A model generated the notes under the pieces. The model had not been told where the DNA came from and made no database searches. It worked only from the letters and a program-made list of their open reading frames with translations. Position numbers and translations under genes: made by a program. A stretch of 40,406 bases of DNA, taken from Dicyema japonicum (taxonomy: Eukaryota; Animalia; Dicyemida). Below, one piece after another: positions 1 through 10,841 of the stretch. How positions within the stretch are numbered: position 1 is the first letter of the stretch; the number at the start of each line of letters is the position of its first letter. The stretch lies in assembly GCA_011109175.1 (NCBI GenBank), contig RDEW01000012.1, forward strand, positions 660,184-700,589, in the 5' to 3' direction.

Positions 1-1
1 T

Positions 2-395
2 GTGGACGATGATGTCTTCGCGGAAAAGACTTGTTACGAACCTTTGTCAGAGAAAACAGCATTTATAGAGATCTCTCTAGAAGAGCTGAAGATAGCAATA
101 AGAGCTGTCAAGAATAAAGCTCCGGGCAGTGATTTCATCAAAGCTAGGATGTTCAAAGAAGGCCCAGAAATTTTATTCCAAGTTCTCAAAGATATGTTCA
201 ACGCATGCATCAAAATTGGTCATGTTCCACACGAATGGAAGAAGACTATTGTACGGATGGTAGCGAAGACAGGAAGACCGAAGAATGATCCTGCTAATTA
301 CCGCTCGATAAGCCTGATTCAGTCAATTTCAAAAGTTATGGAAAAAATTGTCTTCTGGAGGCTTACAAATCAGCAGGAAAAAGAAGACTACTTCA
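2..395 (+). mobile_element. Non-LTR retrotransposon (LINE) fragment, N-terminal part of the RT domain, truncated
   Basis: ORF 2..418 contains KAPGSDFI, GHVPHEWKKTIVRMVAK and NYRSISLIQSISKVMEKIV, typical LINE RT domain 0-1 motifs. Similar to the RT at 30765. Confidence 0.85.
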
Positions 396-572
396 GAAAT
401 TATTATTACTTTTTTTAATTTTTAGATTGTCAGGAGGTTAAATGAATTAGAATATAGCCTGGTATTAACATGAATCTAATTTTTTTGATAGAAAAAAAAT
501 AACGGAAACAAAGACTTCGCTCTTAAAGAAGAATTTTTAGTTGAAAATAAAAATCGTGCTGCAAATTATATA

Positions 573-1440
573 ATGAATAAAGTTTTTCTGATTATTAATC
601 GCATGTCACTAGGTTTTAATATTTTGTTAATATTTTCAGATGATTTTTGTTATTTTTATGACTTATTAAATTTAATTGGAAAGGCGCTTGCTCTTGAAAA
701 TTATTATTATGAATGAATTCTTTACTTTAAAGGATATATTTCTAGATTGTATTTATAACAAAAGTACTAGTTCATATATTCCCAGTCTATATTTCGACTT
801 ACTTGATTACTGTAAACAAAAAGTATTTTCAAACTTTTAAATCTAATATAGCTGATGTGGATTAATACAAAGTTCAAAAATGGACGAATATAGTTTTCAA
901 TACATCGTTTCTTATATTAGAGGGTTCTAAAAGTTCAATTAAAGAACTCTAATAAAAATTTGAAATAATTGAAGATAAAATGAAATATTTAGTAGATTTA
1001 AAACATTTTTATTATTAACAGTGATTTCTAGGAGCTCGAGTTTTTTCATTGGAATCTAAAAAAATATTTGAAGATTGTTGGAATGCTGGTTCCTTACTGT
1101 TAAATTATATAGATAATTGCATTAAAATTAAAGAGTTTATGAACATTGAACCTTTTGTTTATTTAGAGGAATCTTATATGTTTATAACGATTCGGTTGAT
1201 CATCGTTCTCCAATTAGTAATTCTTTTTTTGCTTTATGGTTAGTCTATTCGTTAGAAAAGGTGATAGTGTACTACATATTGCTTTTTTCTGAGATATCAG
1301 GATATTTTGAAATGTATGCTCTTCTTTACTTTATGGTTAGTCTCACTCACAAACAGATGCAGCATTGAAGCTGAAAACCCTGTCTTTAGATATTATGAGA
1401 TCTTTTAATTTTGTACTGTTCTCTTATTATCTTTAGAATT
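573..1440 (+). pseudogene. Candidate decayed host gene with several 24-30 nt GT-AG introns; product unknown
   Basis: ATG at 573, then GT..AG blocks such as 613-639 (27 nt) and further blocks of 29, 30, 27, 27 and 24 nt separating protein-like exons (includes ORF 1049..1243). Several in-frame stops remain. Confidence 0.35.
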
Positions 1441-2035
1441 TCGAACAATTTTTACAACNTCGGACAATCATCTTAGATGATCCTTTGACTCCTTGGATTG
1501 TTTGGACTATTATGAATTTGTTAGACGTTGAAGCAGTCACATAATGCTCTTACATGGAATATCACATTCTGACACCACTTTCCGAATAATTACCCTTTTC
1601 ATTGCAATATTGTTCCAATGTGTTGTGTCCACAATAAATCAATTGATGAATTTGCGAGTCCACTAATTATTAGAAAAAATGACAATTTTGTGGTATCTAT
1701 TTGTGTCTTTAAGGTAAAATCTCCTATTGATAGATAAAAAATTCTTTGAGTTTTGAGTTAATTGGTATTTTTTGTCTTGTCATTAGATCGACGATCCCCT
1801 TTTCTTCCATTATATTCATTATATCAATTTATTCTTGGGTTGTTTTAACGATAGATGAAGCCATCAACTTTAGTTTATAAAACACGCCTGTATTATGCTA
1901 TTTAAAATTTATAAACTGTTGCGCTTTCCAAAAAAATATAAATTAGTATTTTTTTTAATTTTAAATATAATAAATGAAAAAAAACATATGTATCGTTTTA
2001 TAAAAAAATGCTTGAAATTGGAAATTTGATCATTA

Positions 2036-2075
2036 TGTTACGCGTTGCGCTCGGTAACGCGTAGCTCCTGTGACA
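2036..2075. mobile_element. Possible Ginger-like terminal inverted repeat (TGTCAC terminus); counterpart at 29322
   Basis: Reverse complement reads tgtcacaggagctacgcgttac, resembling the tgtcacatgggcggcgcgtaac TIR of the 10842-12854 element. Confidence 0.35.
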
Positions 2076-2164
2076 AATTAACATTAAATATTTTAGATTT
2101 AATATTTTTTATAAGTGCGCATGAATTATACTATTTAATATATAAATGTGTATGGCTTGAAATT

Positions 2165-2475
2165 TCATATGAAATTCTGGATATACGATGGAGGCTTTTC
2201 GGACATATTTTGCAAAAAGACCAAGATGCCCCTGCGAACGTAGCCATGTAGGATTACTTCATGTTGGAAGCCCCCCGTTTCCGTGGTCGCCGAAGGACGA
2301 CACTTCCAGTCGTTTTCGACGAAGACCTCAAAGAAATGGGATGGCATCCTGGAAGTGAAGAGGATCTTGACTGGTTACACACTGCTTCTTTGAATAGGAG
2401 TAAAATTTTTTAACTCGTGTTGCACATTCTTTGTCAAGTCCTATGACATAGCGATAAGTGCAAAAATAATAACGT
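2165..2475 (+). mobile_element. LINE 3' end (RTE-like), decayed; inverted copy at about 28945-29235
   Basis: Translation gives RWRLFGHILQKDQDAPANVAM*...GRRRTTLPVVFDEDLK, a typical post-RT C-terminus. It ends in gcgataagtgc..aataataa, the same 3' end as the 3940-4164 insertion. Confidence 0.7.
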
Positions 2476-2700
2476 GTATAGCCTATCTACATCCAACCTT
2501 GCAATAAGAAAACTCACTTGGAATTTCTTCGGAAAGGCTGAGACTCTAAAGAAAAAGAAATACAAAGGTTTTTATGTAAAGTTCATTTTCGAATAATCGC
2601 CTGAAAAATTCTAAAATCATTAAAAACAGATCACTTACCCTGCTGAACCGTAGCTGATCGCTTATGGAGCTGGCTAATTGCGCACATTTCAATATTAAAA
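2476..2700 (+). mobile_element. CRE-type REL endonuclease remnant; inverted copy at about 28705-28935
   Basis: VYSLSTSNLAIRKLTWNFFGKAETLKKKKYKGF is homologous at the nucleotide level to the TCVDSLYPSNL..EKAETLKMKTY remnant at 19065. Confidence 0.5.
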
Positions 2701-3389
2701 TATTAACATTAAGTATTGAGCACAAAGTTATATCCAAAACTAAAAAAAATGATAGCATTAAATGTACTTGAGCTATGCGGTAGAGCTCAGAGATCCATCA
2801 CCAGTTCAATTCCACAATTTACCAAGTGGTAAACTAGTCGATAATGTAAGGTTGATGTTAACTAAAGAACTCAATTTATTAAAATGAAAATGAAGTAAAA
2901 TCAACTTGCTTATAAATTAATGACTGTTTTGATTTCATTGGAGGAAATCAAATTATCGAATGCCTCTTGGTACTCATAAATTCCGTAACTGTGTGTAATG
3001 AAATCAGAAACATTCACTTTCGTAGAACTAATTAAGTCGATTGTCTGTGGATAACTGAAATTATAGGTTCGAAGTCTACCAATTATAAGTGTTTATAAAT
3101 CCTCGGATTTCCATAATTTTTTAGACTATAATTGAAGACAAGACTAGAGTTTTGGGAGATCCATTTAACTTACTACTCTTTTTCTTATCTCAATGGGAGA
3201 TGTTTTTTGTACGAAATCCACAATCAGCTACGTTTTTCAAAGCAAAGCTGACTTTATTTCTAGAAACGTCTAAATTTAAGTTGATGCAACAACCCATAAC
3301 GCAAAATCGTGTAGCTACACTAACTTTGGCAATCATCATTGTTATAAGCCAATGACCCCTGCACGTGGTTTCAGATAAATAAATACCGA

Positions 3390-3575
3390 CTACACCGACA
3401 AGAACAATTTGTTTAATCGATATTCCAGCACGTTTGCAGAATTAAACGGCAATGGAAAGTGGCTGAACAAGTGCACCTTTCTCAAAAGACATTGAATGAA
3501 TCTTAAGCAACAAGAAGCTCTCCGCGTGTGATACTCTGAAAGGGCTCCATCCTGATCGACATCTCCCAAATAATT
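3390..3575 (-). mobile_element. Degenerate LINE RT C-terminal (thumb) remnant
   Basis: NYLGDVDQDGALSEYHTRR resembles the FKYLG-thumb region of LINE RTs; highly decayed. Confidence 0.35.
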
Positions 3576-3646
3576 GAGATTTGTCATATTGGAAAATTGA
3601 TAAGCTTACTAATTCATCGATGTAGTTAATCCCATAGCGTATAATT

Positions 3647-4689
3647 TGTCACGCGTAACGCATGGGCAGCCTGTTACATTTTTTCGACCTTGAAAAGGTC
3701 TTTTGATTATCCGACATTATTATTATTAATGTCGGATCACTGGGTCAAAAAGAAAGAAATAAAAGTTCTCATCTAACTAAGTGATCTCAGACCGACAAAG
3801 GTAAGGATGAGTCCCTCATTGGATTATCCGACATTTAATTTTATATATCCGATTTATATCGTGATTTAATCTCGTTAAATTAGTTTTTTATTTATAAATG
3901 TTATGATTATAAAGATTTTATTTTTTTATAGCGGTAAACAGACCAAGGATGACCCTGGCAGACCAAGGATGACCCTACCTATCATGATGCACAAAGACCT
4001 CCAAAGGATGAAGAAATGCCTAAAGACGGGAGACGATCTGGACATGCTGAGATCGACTGCGTGTAACCGTGGAGGATAAAAGAGGCTAACTAATAACATT
4101 GTTTCTTGTATTGCACATGCTTTGCTATAACTATTATGGCAAGGCGATAAGTGCTGTAATAATAATAGCGGTAAACCTAGATTTCTAGCGTGATTTATAG
4201 CATGGAAGATTATTTTGTTGCAATGGCTTCTTACGAGGGTTTTGTGAAAGATTGCGTTGAATATCAAACTTTAAAAGATGCTTTGCATGATAAACTTCCC
4301 GAAAATCTTCCGAGGTACCGAAAATATAGGCTTGTAAAGAAGATAGAGAATTTTTCTATTATCAATGACAGGTATTGTAAATTTTCACTAATTTTAGACT
4401 GAATCTTAAATCAACTGATCCCAAGTTAGTCATATCCCTGGATAATGAAACCGAAATGGAGCATGTTGCGAAATCGTTGCACGAGTTTTCACACTGAGGA
4501 GTCAATAAAATTGAGTATGAATGTCGACAAAGATACTTCACTGTAAAGAATGAGATTATCAGAAAAGTCATTCGAAATTGTGAAGTCTGCAAATTTTCGC
4601 GTCCTTTAAAAGTTTGTGATTTTTTATAATTGTAGATTGGAGATATAAATCACCATGTGTTTGCTTCTTCTCCAAATGAACGTTTTCAG
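3647..4689 (+). mobile_element. Ginger-like transposon copy A (5' part, truncated by the N gap)
   Basis: Inverted match to 12052-12854 plus about 65 bp of shared flank. Encodes the transposase N-terminus with HHCC motif (H..FSH*G...CEVC). Introns at 4372-4397 (26 nt) and 4612-4635 (24 nt). Confidence 0.8.
3940..4164 (+). mobile_element. 5'-truncated LINE 3' end with (TAA)n tail and 12-bp TSD
   Basis: Flanked by atagcggtaaac (3928-3939 and 4165-4176) and absent from the paralogous Ginger copy B. Encodes RPRMTLPIMMHKDL. Confidence 0.88.
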
Positions 4690-5634
4690 NNNNNNNNNNN
4701 NNNNNNNNNNNNNNNNNNNNNNNNNNNNNNNNNNNNNNNNNNNNNNNNNNNNNNNNNNNNNNNNNNNNNNNNNNNNNNNNNNNNNNNNNNNNNNNNNNNN
4801 NNNNNNNNNNNNNNNNNNNNNNNNNNNNNNNNNNNNNNNNNNNNNNNNNNNNNNNNNNNNNNNNNNNNNNNNNNNNNNNNNNNNNNNNNNNNNNNNNNNN
4901 NNNNNNNNNNNNNNNNNNNNNNNNNNNNNNNNNNNNNNNNNNNNNNNNNNNNNNNNNNNNNNNNNNNNNNNNNNNNNNNNNNNNNNNNNNNNNNNNNNNN
5001 NNNNNNNNNNNNNNNNNNNNNNNNNNNNNNNNNNNNNNNNNNNNNNNNNNNNNNNNNNNNNNNNNNNNNNNNNNNNNNNNNNNNNNNNNNNNNNNNNNNN
5101 NNNNNNNNNNNNNNNNNNNNNNNNNNNNNNNNNNNNNNNNNNNNNNNNNNNNNNNNNNNNNNNNNNNNNNNNNNNNNNNNNNNNNNNNNNNNNNNNNNNN
5201 NNNNNNNNNNNNNNNNNNNNNNNNNNNNNNNNNNNNNNNNNNNNNNNNNNNNNNNNNNNNNNNNNNNNNNNNNNNNNNNNNNNNNNNNNNNNNNNNNNNN
5301 NNNNNNNNNNNNNNNNNNNNNNNNNNNNNNNNNNNNNNNNNNNNNNNNNNNNNNNNNNNNNNNNNNNNNNNNNNNNNNNNNNNNNNNNNNNNNNNNNNNN
5401 NNNNNNNNNNNNNNNNNNNNNNNNNNNNNNNNNNNNNNNNNNNNNNNNNNNNNNNNNNNNNNNNNNNNNNNNNNNNNNNNNNNNNNNNNNNNNNNNNNNN
5501 NNNNNNNNNNNNNNNNNNNNNNNNNNNNNNNNNNNNNNNNNNNNNNNNNNNNNNNNNNNNNNNNNNNNNNNNNNNNNNNNNNNNNNNNNNNNNNNNNNNN
5601 NNNNNNNNNNNNNNNNNNNNNNNNNNNNNNNNNN
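4690..5634. other. Assembly gap (945 N)
   Basis: Run of N; ORFs spanning it are artefacts. Confidence 1.
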
Positions 5635-5891
5635 CTCTGCGTAAAAGTGAAGTTTTTTATTGGGTTAGATAAGGGAGATAGGCTAGTTACCGTATGGTTT
5701 AAACTCTTTGCCAGTATCTATCTCTATTTATTTACTGATCCTGAAGTTTTATATACGATTCTCTAACATCACTCTGTTCCCTGAAATTGGCCATTTTGTC
5801 TTGTATCGCCATTTTCATTAGCTTTAGCAGGCCGTTTTCTTCGGTTCTGAGCTCACTATTCATCTCTATCTCTTACACATGCTTGATGATT
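5635..5891. repeat. Inverted duplicate of 9212-9469 (SINE 3' tail plus flank)
   Basis: Near-identical to the reverse complement of 9212-9469. Confidence 0.92.
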
Positions 5892-7050
5892 CGAATTGGC
5901 ACTAAAAAAATGCCTCCGATAGAATACCTGTACAGAAATAAAAGAAGACACTTCAGAAACGCTGTTGGTTCACTGGCAGAGTATTCGAAGAGAATTTTGG
6001 CCGACAGACGTTCAGCCGACAATTCAATTAAGCATAAATGATCAAGAAATACACTATGTATTTTAATAACGGTAAAAATGGAATTTACACAAACCACTCG
6101 TGGAAAGAGAAAACTTCTGCATGATGGCTATGCGTACATTATGGATAGACAGAGAGACAATGTCATATATTGGAAATGTGAGCTGAAAGGAAAATGCAAA
6201 GGCAGAGTAAGAACTGTTCACGAAAAACTTTATGGAACTATGACACCACACGAACATCCATCAATTGCAGGAAGTTTACATGCGCTGAAAACCGTCAATA
6301 CGATACAGAAGAGAGCGAGAGATTCTGAAGAAACTACATCTACAGTTAAGCACATACCCTATTGATGCTGCTTGTGCGCTACCCAAAAAAAAACTCTTGC
6401 ACGTACAAGATGGTAATGTTCTAACTAATGAACTTAAATTTTTACAAATCCAAATGTGTATGGCTGCTAATTTCACTTTGGGCAGTGTTTATGGCAAAAA
6501 TACAAAATCTAGGACTGCAAGCATGGTACAATGACCCAGCAAATGCAAACTTAATTAAAAATATTCAAACACTGGCATTTGTTCCTGTACCTCAAGTCAT
6601 TGAGACTTTCCGAGCGCTCCTTGGAACTATAGATGACGTGTTGGGAGATTTTCTTACCTATTTTGAGACAACGTCGATCTGAGCCTTGCAACGTGGAAGG
6701 AGAAGAAGACCATTGTTTAGTTTGGAAATGTGGAATGTACACGACAGACAAGCAGAAAGCCTCTCAAGAACTACAAATTCACTTGTAGGATGGCACAGAT
6801 CTTTTTCACAAAAAATGTCTATAAAACATCCAACCGTTTGTCGACTTGTTGCAAAAATACGAAAAGAACAGTCAGAGTGGGAGCTCACAGTAGAACAAGT
6901 GATAACCGGAGCGTTGGAATTATGAAGATCAAGAAGTACCAGGATGTGAACAAAAAAATAAAGATTTTTATTGAAAATATGATGAATACACTCCAGTCGA
7001 ATTTTTGAGTGCGCTTTTTCCTTTAAGTAAATTTTAACTGTTTTCCCCAA
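5892..7050 (+). mobile_element. Mutator (MULE) FLYWCH-type transposon, internal-deletion derivative
   Basis: ORF 6078..6365 is a FLYWCH zinc finger (KLLHDGYAY..YWKCELKGKCKGRV..HEH). Downstream frames give the MULE C-terminal motifs LAFVP, FLTYFETT, WNVHDR and RTTNSLVGWHRSF. The central DDE core is not seen. Confidence 0.85.
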
Positions 7051-7179
7051 ACGTCTTGGAATGGCAATTGTTAGAAGGAATACCCATGACCTCCTCTTTT
7101 ATTCTTCTAGAATTACTAAACTATTTAAATAACTTTACTATGAATTAAGCATCGGTGAATTGCTCCACTGACCTGAACT

Positions 7180-7600
7180 AAAGAATTGCTCATTACCACG
7201 GAAGCATATCATGGAGCGACGTTCACATCATGGAACAACACATATTATACCCAAGAGACTGAATAAGATGAGCTCTTCATGAGGTCATGCCAATGCACGC
7301 AAGTATGGGTTTTTCTGGTCGTCTAGCAGGGACTTTATCCACCTCGGATGTATAAAAAACTGCTATGTCTGCATGGACACTGGTCGGAAACCCAAAATCT
7401 CATGTCAAACGAGCCCGTCGAATCAAATGAGTCGTTGGATCTCAACGATACGGACTCCCTTTGCTCTTCTTGTCGGAGCAAAAGAAAGCCAGAAAGATTC
7501 CAATCAAGATTCCGAGACCCGTTCGGATCCCCGCAGCTATATTTCTCTCCAATATCGGGCGAAAGATTGCTCTGAAGAGATGCGAATTTCGTGAAGGAAG
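7180..7600 (+). mobile_element. Possible Gypsy LTR-retrotransposon integrase remnant (zinc-binding region and C-terminal tail)
   Basis: IIPKRL..*GHANARKYGFFWS..CYVC resembles the integrase H2C2 region, and RSKRKPERF resembles pol C-termini. Heavily decayed. Confidence 0.35.
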
Positions 7601-7884
7601 TTGCAGAGGTTCGAAATGGCAGTGATCCTGGCCTTTTAACTAAAAGATTTTAGTTGTTTTCTTATAAATAAATATTTTTTTACTAAAAAAGTTGCTGGTA
7701 GTCCGGCAAAAATTTCCAGCTGAAAGCCTACGAATGAGATGGAGAAGGCTAACGGAAAGAATAGTCAAAAACATGGCACAAGCGAAACCATAACAACTAA
7801 CTTAAGTGCGGACTCTGGTTGGACATTTGAGTTTGTAATAGTATTCATAATTCCATAATGTGACTTAGCCATTAATTTTTTCAA

Positions 7885-7975
7885 AAAGATATATATCAAT
7901 TTTTTAAAAATTTTTTCTTATTTCTGTCACACATTAAAAACTGGAACGCTATATTGCCAAGATTTAAGAAATTAA
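7885..7975 (+). repeat. About 90 bp direct repeat, second copy at 8814-8900
   Basis: Both copies share acattaaaaa(c/t)tggaacg(c/t)tatattgccaagatttaagaaatt. Confidence 0.75.
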
Positions 7976-8089
7976 CGAAAGAATATCACTTTATAGTTTT
8001 ATAATTAAATTTTCTTGATTAAATCTCATCAAATTTCACTTTATCAAATTATTTTGTTGATTTATAAAAAAATAAACAATCAACCGAGG

Positions 8090-8810
8090 GTCAGTAGCCG
8101 CCATGACTGCATAGCTATTCCCTTTCAGGATAGCGAGCGAGAATCGCTCGAATAAGCAGCAGCGTTTACGAGGGAGTCTCCTTTTAGTGTAAAAATCCGA
8201 TTAGCTAGTCGACTCAGGAATTCTAGCGTTTCATGTGCAAGGGAAACGGACATTTCAACCGTGAACAGAACAAACCTGTAGAACCGCATAAATTGCAAGT
8301 TTTGACCTCTTGGCCTTCTCAGCGGTAGAGCCGACTCCAGAGGCACTCTGATGTAGATGTTTTCCGGGTTCAAAGGTGAAGATAGTAATCCCATCGGGTC
8401 GTTTCCCGTCTCGTCTGCAAAGGCCGACTGGTTAGAACATAAAAGGGTGTCCCGCAACGTCCAAAGCTCGCCTAATGACTTCATTCAAAGCCATGTGTCT
8501 AGGAGATCTTCCCGCACTCTTCCTGCAGGAGATTGGGTGCAGGCCAATAAAGTCATTCTGGTCCCTGCATCGGCATCAATGCGGCACATATACTTTCAAC
8601 TCGAGTCACAATAAGATCCAAATACGGATGCATTCATCATCAAGAAAGTTACCCAAAACTCTGTTAGGAATGGCATTGATCTAGGCATCGCTCTCCGAAG
8701 ACAAACAAGCACGGCGATGTTGTTTAGATGACACCAGCAGATCTTCAAATGACAACCGGTATATGGTATCGTCCGGACCCCGTTGAGAATTCAGGGAAGG
8801 TGGGGGGGAA
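8090..8810 (-). mobile_element. CRE-clade non-LTR retrotransposon 3' region (CCHC zinc knuckle and REL endonuclease), decayed
   Basis: Minus-strand translation gives HPISCRKSAGRSPRHMALNEVIRRAL, GLCRRDGKRPDGITIF and FVLFTVEMSVSLAHETLEFLSRLANRI. Confidence 0.85.
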
Positions 8811-9445
8811 AANAGACATATATCGATTTTCTATAATTTTTTACTTATTTCTTTTATACATTAAAAATTGGAACGTTATATTGCCAAGATTTAAGAAATT
8901 TTTTTTTTTTTTTTTTAAACGGGTTGGTATGGTCCCAGGCCTCACGCTGGTCAGTAGAGAATTCGAGGAGGAAGTTAAGAATCCTCTTGACAAGGATGTT
9001 AAGGAACTCACACTTAATTTTAAGAAGTAAGAACAGTAATATAAATCAACCTAAAGCATATATGAGCGTTTAATGTTCAAGAACATGATCACCAGATGAT
9101 TATAAGAAAATTTATCAGTTAAAAGAAGCATATTTACATATTAATGATATTTTTTAATGAAAACAGTTAACATGTGCTCTATCTTCAGAGGGCAGTTAGA
9201 AAATATAAGAGCAATCATCAAGCTTGTGTTAGAGATAGAGATGAATAGTGAGCTCAGAACTGAAGAAAACGGCCTGATAAAGCTAATGAAAATGGCGATA
9301 CAAGACAAAATGGCCAATTTTATGGAACAGAGTGATGTTAGAGAATCGTATATAAAACTTCAGGATCAGTAAATAAATAGAGATAGATACTGGCAAAGAG
9401 TTTAAACCATACGGTAACTAGCCTATCTCCCTTATCTAACCCAAT

Positions 9446-9748
9446 ATAAACTTCACTTTTACGCAGAGTCATACTAGCTATAGCGCCGCTCAGGACACAC
9501 ACCTTATGAAAGTAAAGAACAGTTATTATAACTAATCGTAGTGGGAGAACCAAGGATGCTCTTCACCTCTTTTTGTTGTGTGTATGTCCTTTATAGACGT
9601 TCCCGTTTCGCATTGAAATATTCACTGATGACGGTGTCACTCGTCAAGCCAAAGCATCGTAGATGGAACCTTCGACAGAAATATACAGCAGCGTGATTCG
9701 AACTAGGGGCCATCAGACCTCTAGTCAACACTCGTTACACCGCACCAC
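9446..9748 (-). mobile_element. tRNA-headed SINE, 303 bp, with 11-bp TSD
   Basis: TSD tctaacccaat (9435-9445 and 9749-9759). B-box GTTCGAATC. Body shared with 19717-20047. Confidence 0.85.
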
Positions 9749-10125
9749 TCTAACCCAATTGTAAATATAATTCAAAACAATCTAAAAATATCCATCAATT
9801 ATGGTGGCAGCTCTCAAAATCGAATACTCATTTCCCCCAACGATTTGTAAGAAAATTCGATCAAACAGCTTCTCTCTCGATAATCCATTTCCACTCGATA
9901 CAAATTAGCAGTTTTAAAACCCCCAATGATCTCCAAGTTTTCTTCTGTAACCGGTTCGAAAATAAACTACCCTTCATCGAATGATTTGTCAATAATTTAA
10001 AATCCGATGATTTAACCGCAATGAATTTACCTAAAACCTATGTCACGATTGGACCTCGACATCTAGATACTCGATCGAAAGAACAGGACTAATATAAAAT
10101 ACTTAATTTAATTAAAAAGAGACAT

Positions 10126-10742
10126 TGACAAGGTCCCCCACTGTCCTTGGAGTCAAGTACGACAGCCTTCTCAATTTAAACTCCCACGCAACAGACATGA
10201 TTACCAGGGGCCTCCAGAAAGTTAACGTTATACGCGCCCTGTTCGGAGGACCACGAGGAACATGGACTTTTCCGTTTCTACCCTCTACCAACAAACAATC
10301 GCGCCTGCCATTGAGTATGCCTCCGTTGCATGGAGATTCGGGCTATCGGAGTCTATGGTCCAAAAAATCAACTCGATATACCGGAAAACAATCAGTATGC
10401 TTTGCCCACGTAATGGATCAACAGTCGACCCACTACTCATGGAAGCTATCATCCGTAGTCGTGGCTCCGGATTTCTTCGCGTCTTTGAGGAAGATGGAAA
10501 TCCGCTTCGCCTGATCCTTCCTATGGCAAGAGAAAACCGATTGGATAAGAAATTCCCCTACCCGATCGGATTCCTCTGCAAGACCGAGAGAAGGCTTTTC
10601 CGGAAAGTAGTGGGGACGATGGAAGATCACAGACGTCGAATGGCACAATTGATTGCGAGGACTGGGATCACCTAACTGTTTGACTCTTTAGTCTTTCTTT
10701 CTCGGTGTTCCCAGGATTATTAAAATAAAAAATAAATAAAAA
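10126..10742 (+). mobile_element. 5'-truncated Jockey/I-like LINE 3' end with A-rich tail and 13-bp TSD
   Basis: TSD taaaaagagacat (10113-10125 and 10743-10755). Homologous to 32790-33030 plus 35498-35870 and to 17042-17415. Encodes YQQTIAPAIEYASVAW. Confidence 0.88.
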
Positions 10743-10841
10743 TAAAAAGAGACATGGAAAAATATCGAATCGTATGCTTCAACTGCAAAAATCGTGAAAA
10801 AAGTCGATCGAATTAAGCCATTTGAGTATGATAATCTATTA

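Larger units (their letters stand above)
1460..3178. repeat. About 1.7 kb dispersed duplication, inverted relative to 28231-29896
   Basis: The reverse complement of 28231-29896 matches throughout (cggacaatcatcttag at the start, gggagatccatttaacttactactct at the end). The left edge is at a single N (1459). Confidence 0.92.

Noticed and set aside
4655-5766. Long ORFs in the track (329 and 369 aa), and those at 30877-32675
   Set aside because: They consist almost entirely of X from N-gaps.
9157-9372. 71-aa ORF
   Set aside because: No motif, lies in duplicated TE-flank sequence, and gives no support for a gene call.
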